From assembly GCF_006345805.1 (NCBI RefSeq), contig NC_042998.1, positions 97,030,001-97,094,000 of the forward strand: a DNA stretch of 64,000 bases, given 5' to 3'. The notes under the pieces are model-generated. The model was given only the letters and a program-made list of their open reading frames with translations, was not told where the DNA came from and did not search any database. This DNA comes from Octopus sinensis. Taxonomy: Eukaryota. The translations under genes and the position numbers were made by a program. This document shows, piece after piece, positions 62,544 through 64,000 of the stretch; position 1 is the first letter of the stretch; each line of letters begins with the position of its first letter.

Positions 62544-63657
62544 TTTTCTAAGAAATACTTCAGGAATTAAAACACTCCCGTCAGTTACGGAACCAAAAGG
62601 AGATAATTACTCGATAATTTGTTTGTTTCAGTTTATCAGTATTGATTGAATTTTAATCTTTATCTCCATATACGTTGTTGTCGTGTATCACATACAGGCA
62701 ACATTTGGTGTGCTGAAAGTGTAAGCCCCTATTTCTTTCATTTGTGTGACAAGAAGCCTGTAATAATCATTTCTTTGGAAAGTATATTGCCATGACAACA
62801 AGGTAAGCCTGTTTAATTCTGATTTTGGAAATGTACCCTAAGTTTGTTCTTTGTAAACAACAATTACCATATATTTCCAGGCTTTCAGTGAGTTTTGTTT
62901 TCTCCCCTTCCCTTATTACTGCTCAGCTTCATTGAACACCGTGTATGCTATACTGTCAACATTATTATATAATAAACTAAAAATATATAAAATCATTTGT
63001 TTTCATTCCAAAAAATTATTATTAAAATCATTTTTTAATAGGATTATTATTTTTTTAATCAAGCGCTCATTTTTCAAATTCATTTCACTGCAGTAAAAAT
63101 ATCCCATGTCTGTGACAGTTGTCTTTTTTTTTTTTTTAACATTTATTTCAAGTGTAGAAACTTATTCAAAGTTAAATCCAAGAACTTATGGCCAAACCTA
63201 ATATACCTAACATTTATTTAATGCAATACATATATACATATCTTAACTGGTTAAACAAAATCGTTTTAGTTAATAGCGTGTTGCAATCTTTCTATATTCA
63301 TACGGTACAATTCTGTCGCAGCCATTTCCTTTAACTCTCTTTTATTTCTCATCCTTTTCTATTAACAGAATATGTTCCTCTTTATGAGTTACACAGTTAT
63401 GATCTTGGAAAACTATACTTTCAAATTGTCAAGTTTGTATTATTTTACATGACTGTCACCGTTTACCTTTCTTGGGTCCTTATAGGCACATCTCCGTCTC
63501 TGGGCCATTGTATGCTGCCATTTTATACCTTTTATTATCAACAAAGCGTTTGCGATTCTGATATCTCAATCCAGATTTGTTATTAATAAATCAATTCAAT
63601 AATCAGAGCTATTAGCGGCTTATCTTCTGTATGTGATTAAGTGTATGTGCATTTATA

Positions 63658-63694
<37 letters not shown>

Positions 63695-64000
63695 ATACAT
63701 ACACAATGCTTACACTGGCATTAATCGACCTCTGATTTAACTCGGATATCAAGTGACAATACAATCTTTTGATACGTACACAACACCTTTTTAAGATTTA
63801 TTTCTTTCGTTTAAGTATTCGTGCAATACTTTAATTATTATATATACCATAGCTATATCAGAACAAATGATTTGCGTCGAAACACGTTTATTTTTGTCCA
63901 CTGTTTACTTTTTGAACAATCTTTAACCATATTGTTACTTGCTTCTTTATAAAGTTGAGTCAAAAGGTTGACGAGGGAAATTAATTAGACATAAACATGT

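Overview
AT-rich, repeat-dense eukaryotic genomic DNA. The SINE, RTE and MITE content suggests an octopus or other coleoid cephalopod (inference, no search run). Two host genes are reconstructable, both on the minus strand: a single-exon RNF26-like membrane RING E3 ligase (20596-21822) and RPL28 (4 coding exons giving 134 aa, plus a non-coding TOP-type exon 1 near 44267-44305). The rest is mostly mobile DNA: tRNA-derived SINEs; RTE and CR1-like LINE remnants; a Tc1 element; a near-intact piggyBac with related MITEs; hAT, Chapaev3-like and Academ-like remnants; Helitron/HINE elements; nested MITEs with 8-bp TSDs; and an 818-bp miniature LTR element. The most striking unexplained structure is 9.5-11.8 kb. 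It holds up to seven type-I hammerhead-ribozyme-like motifs from at least four unrelated sequence families, several long palindromes, and a near-identical partial tandem whose two ribozymes would excise a 562-nt structured RNA (retrozyme or Penelope-like). All folds and alignments were done by eye.
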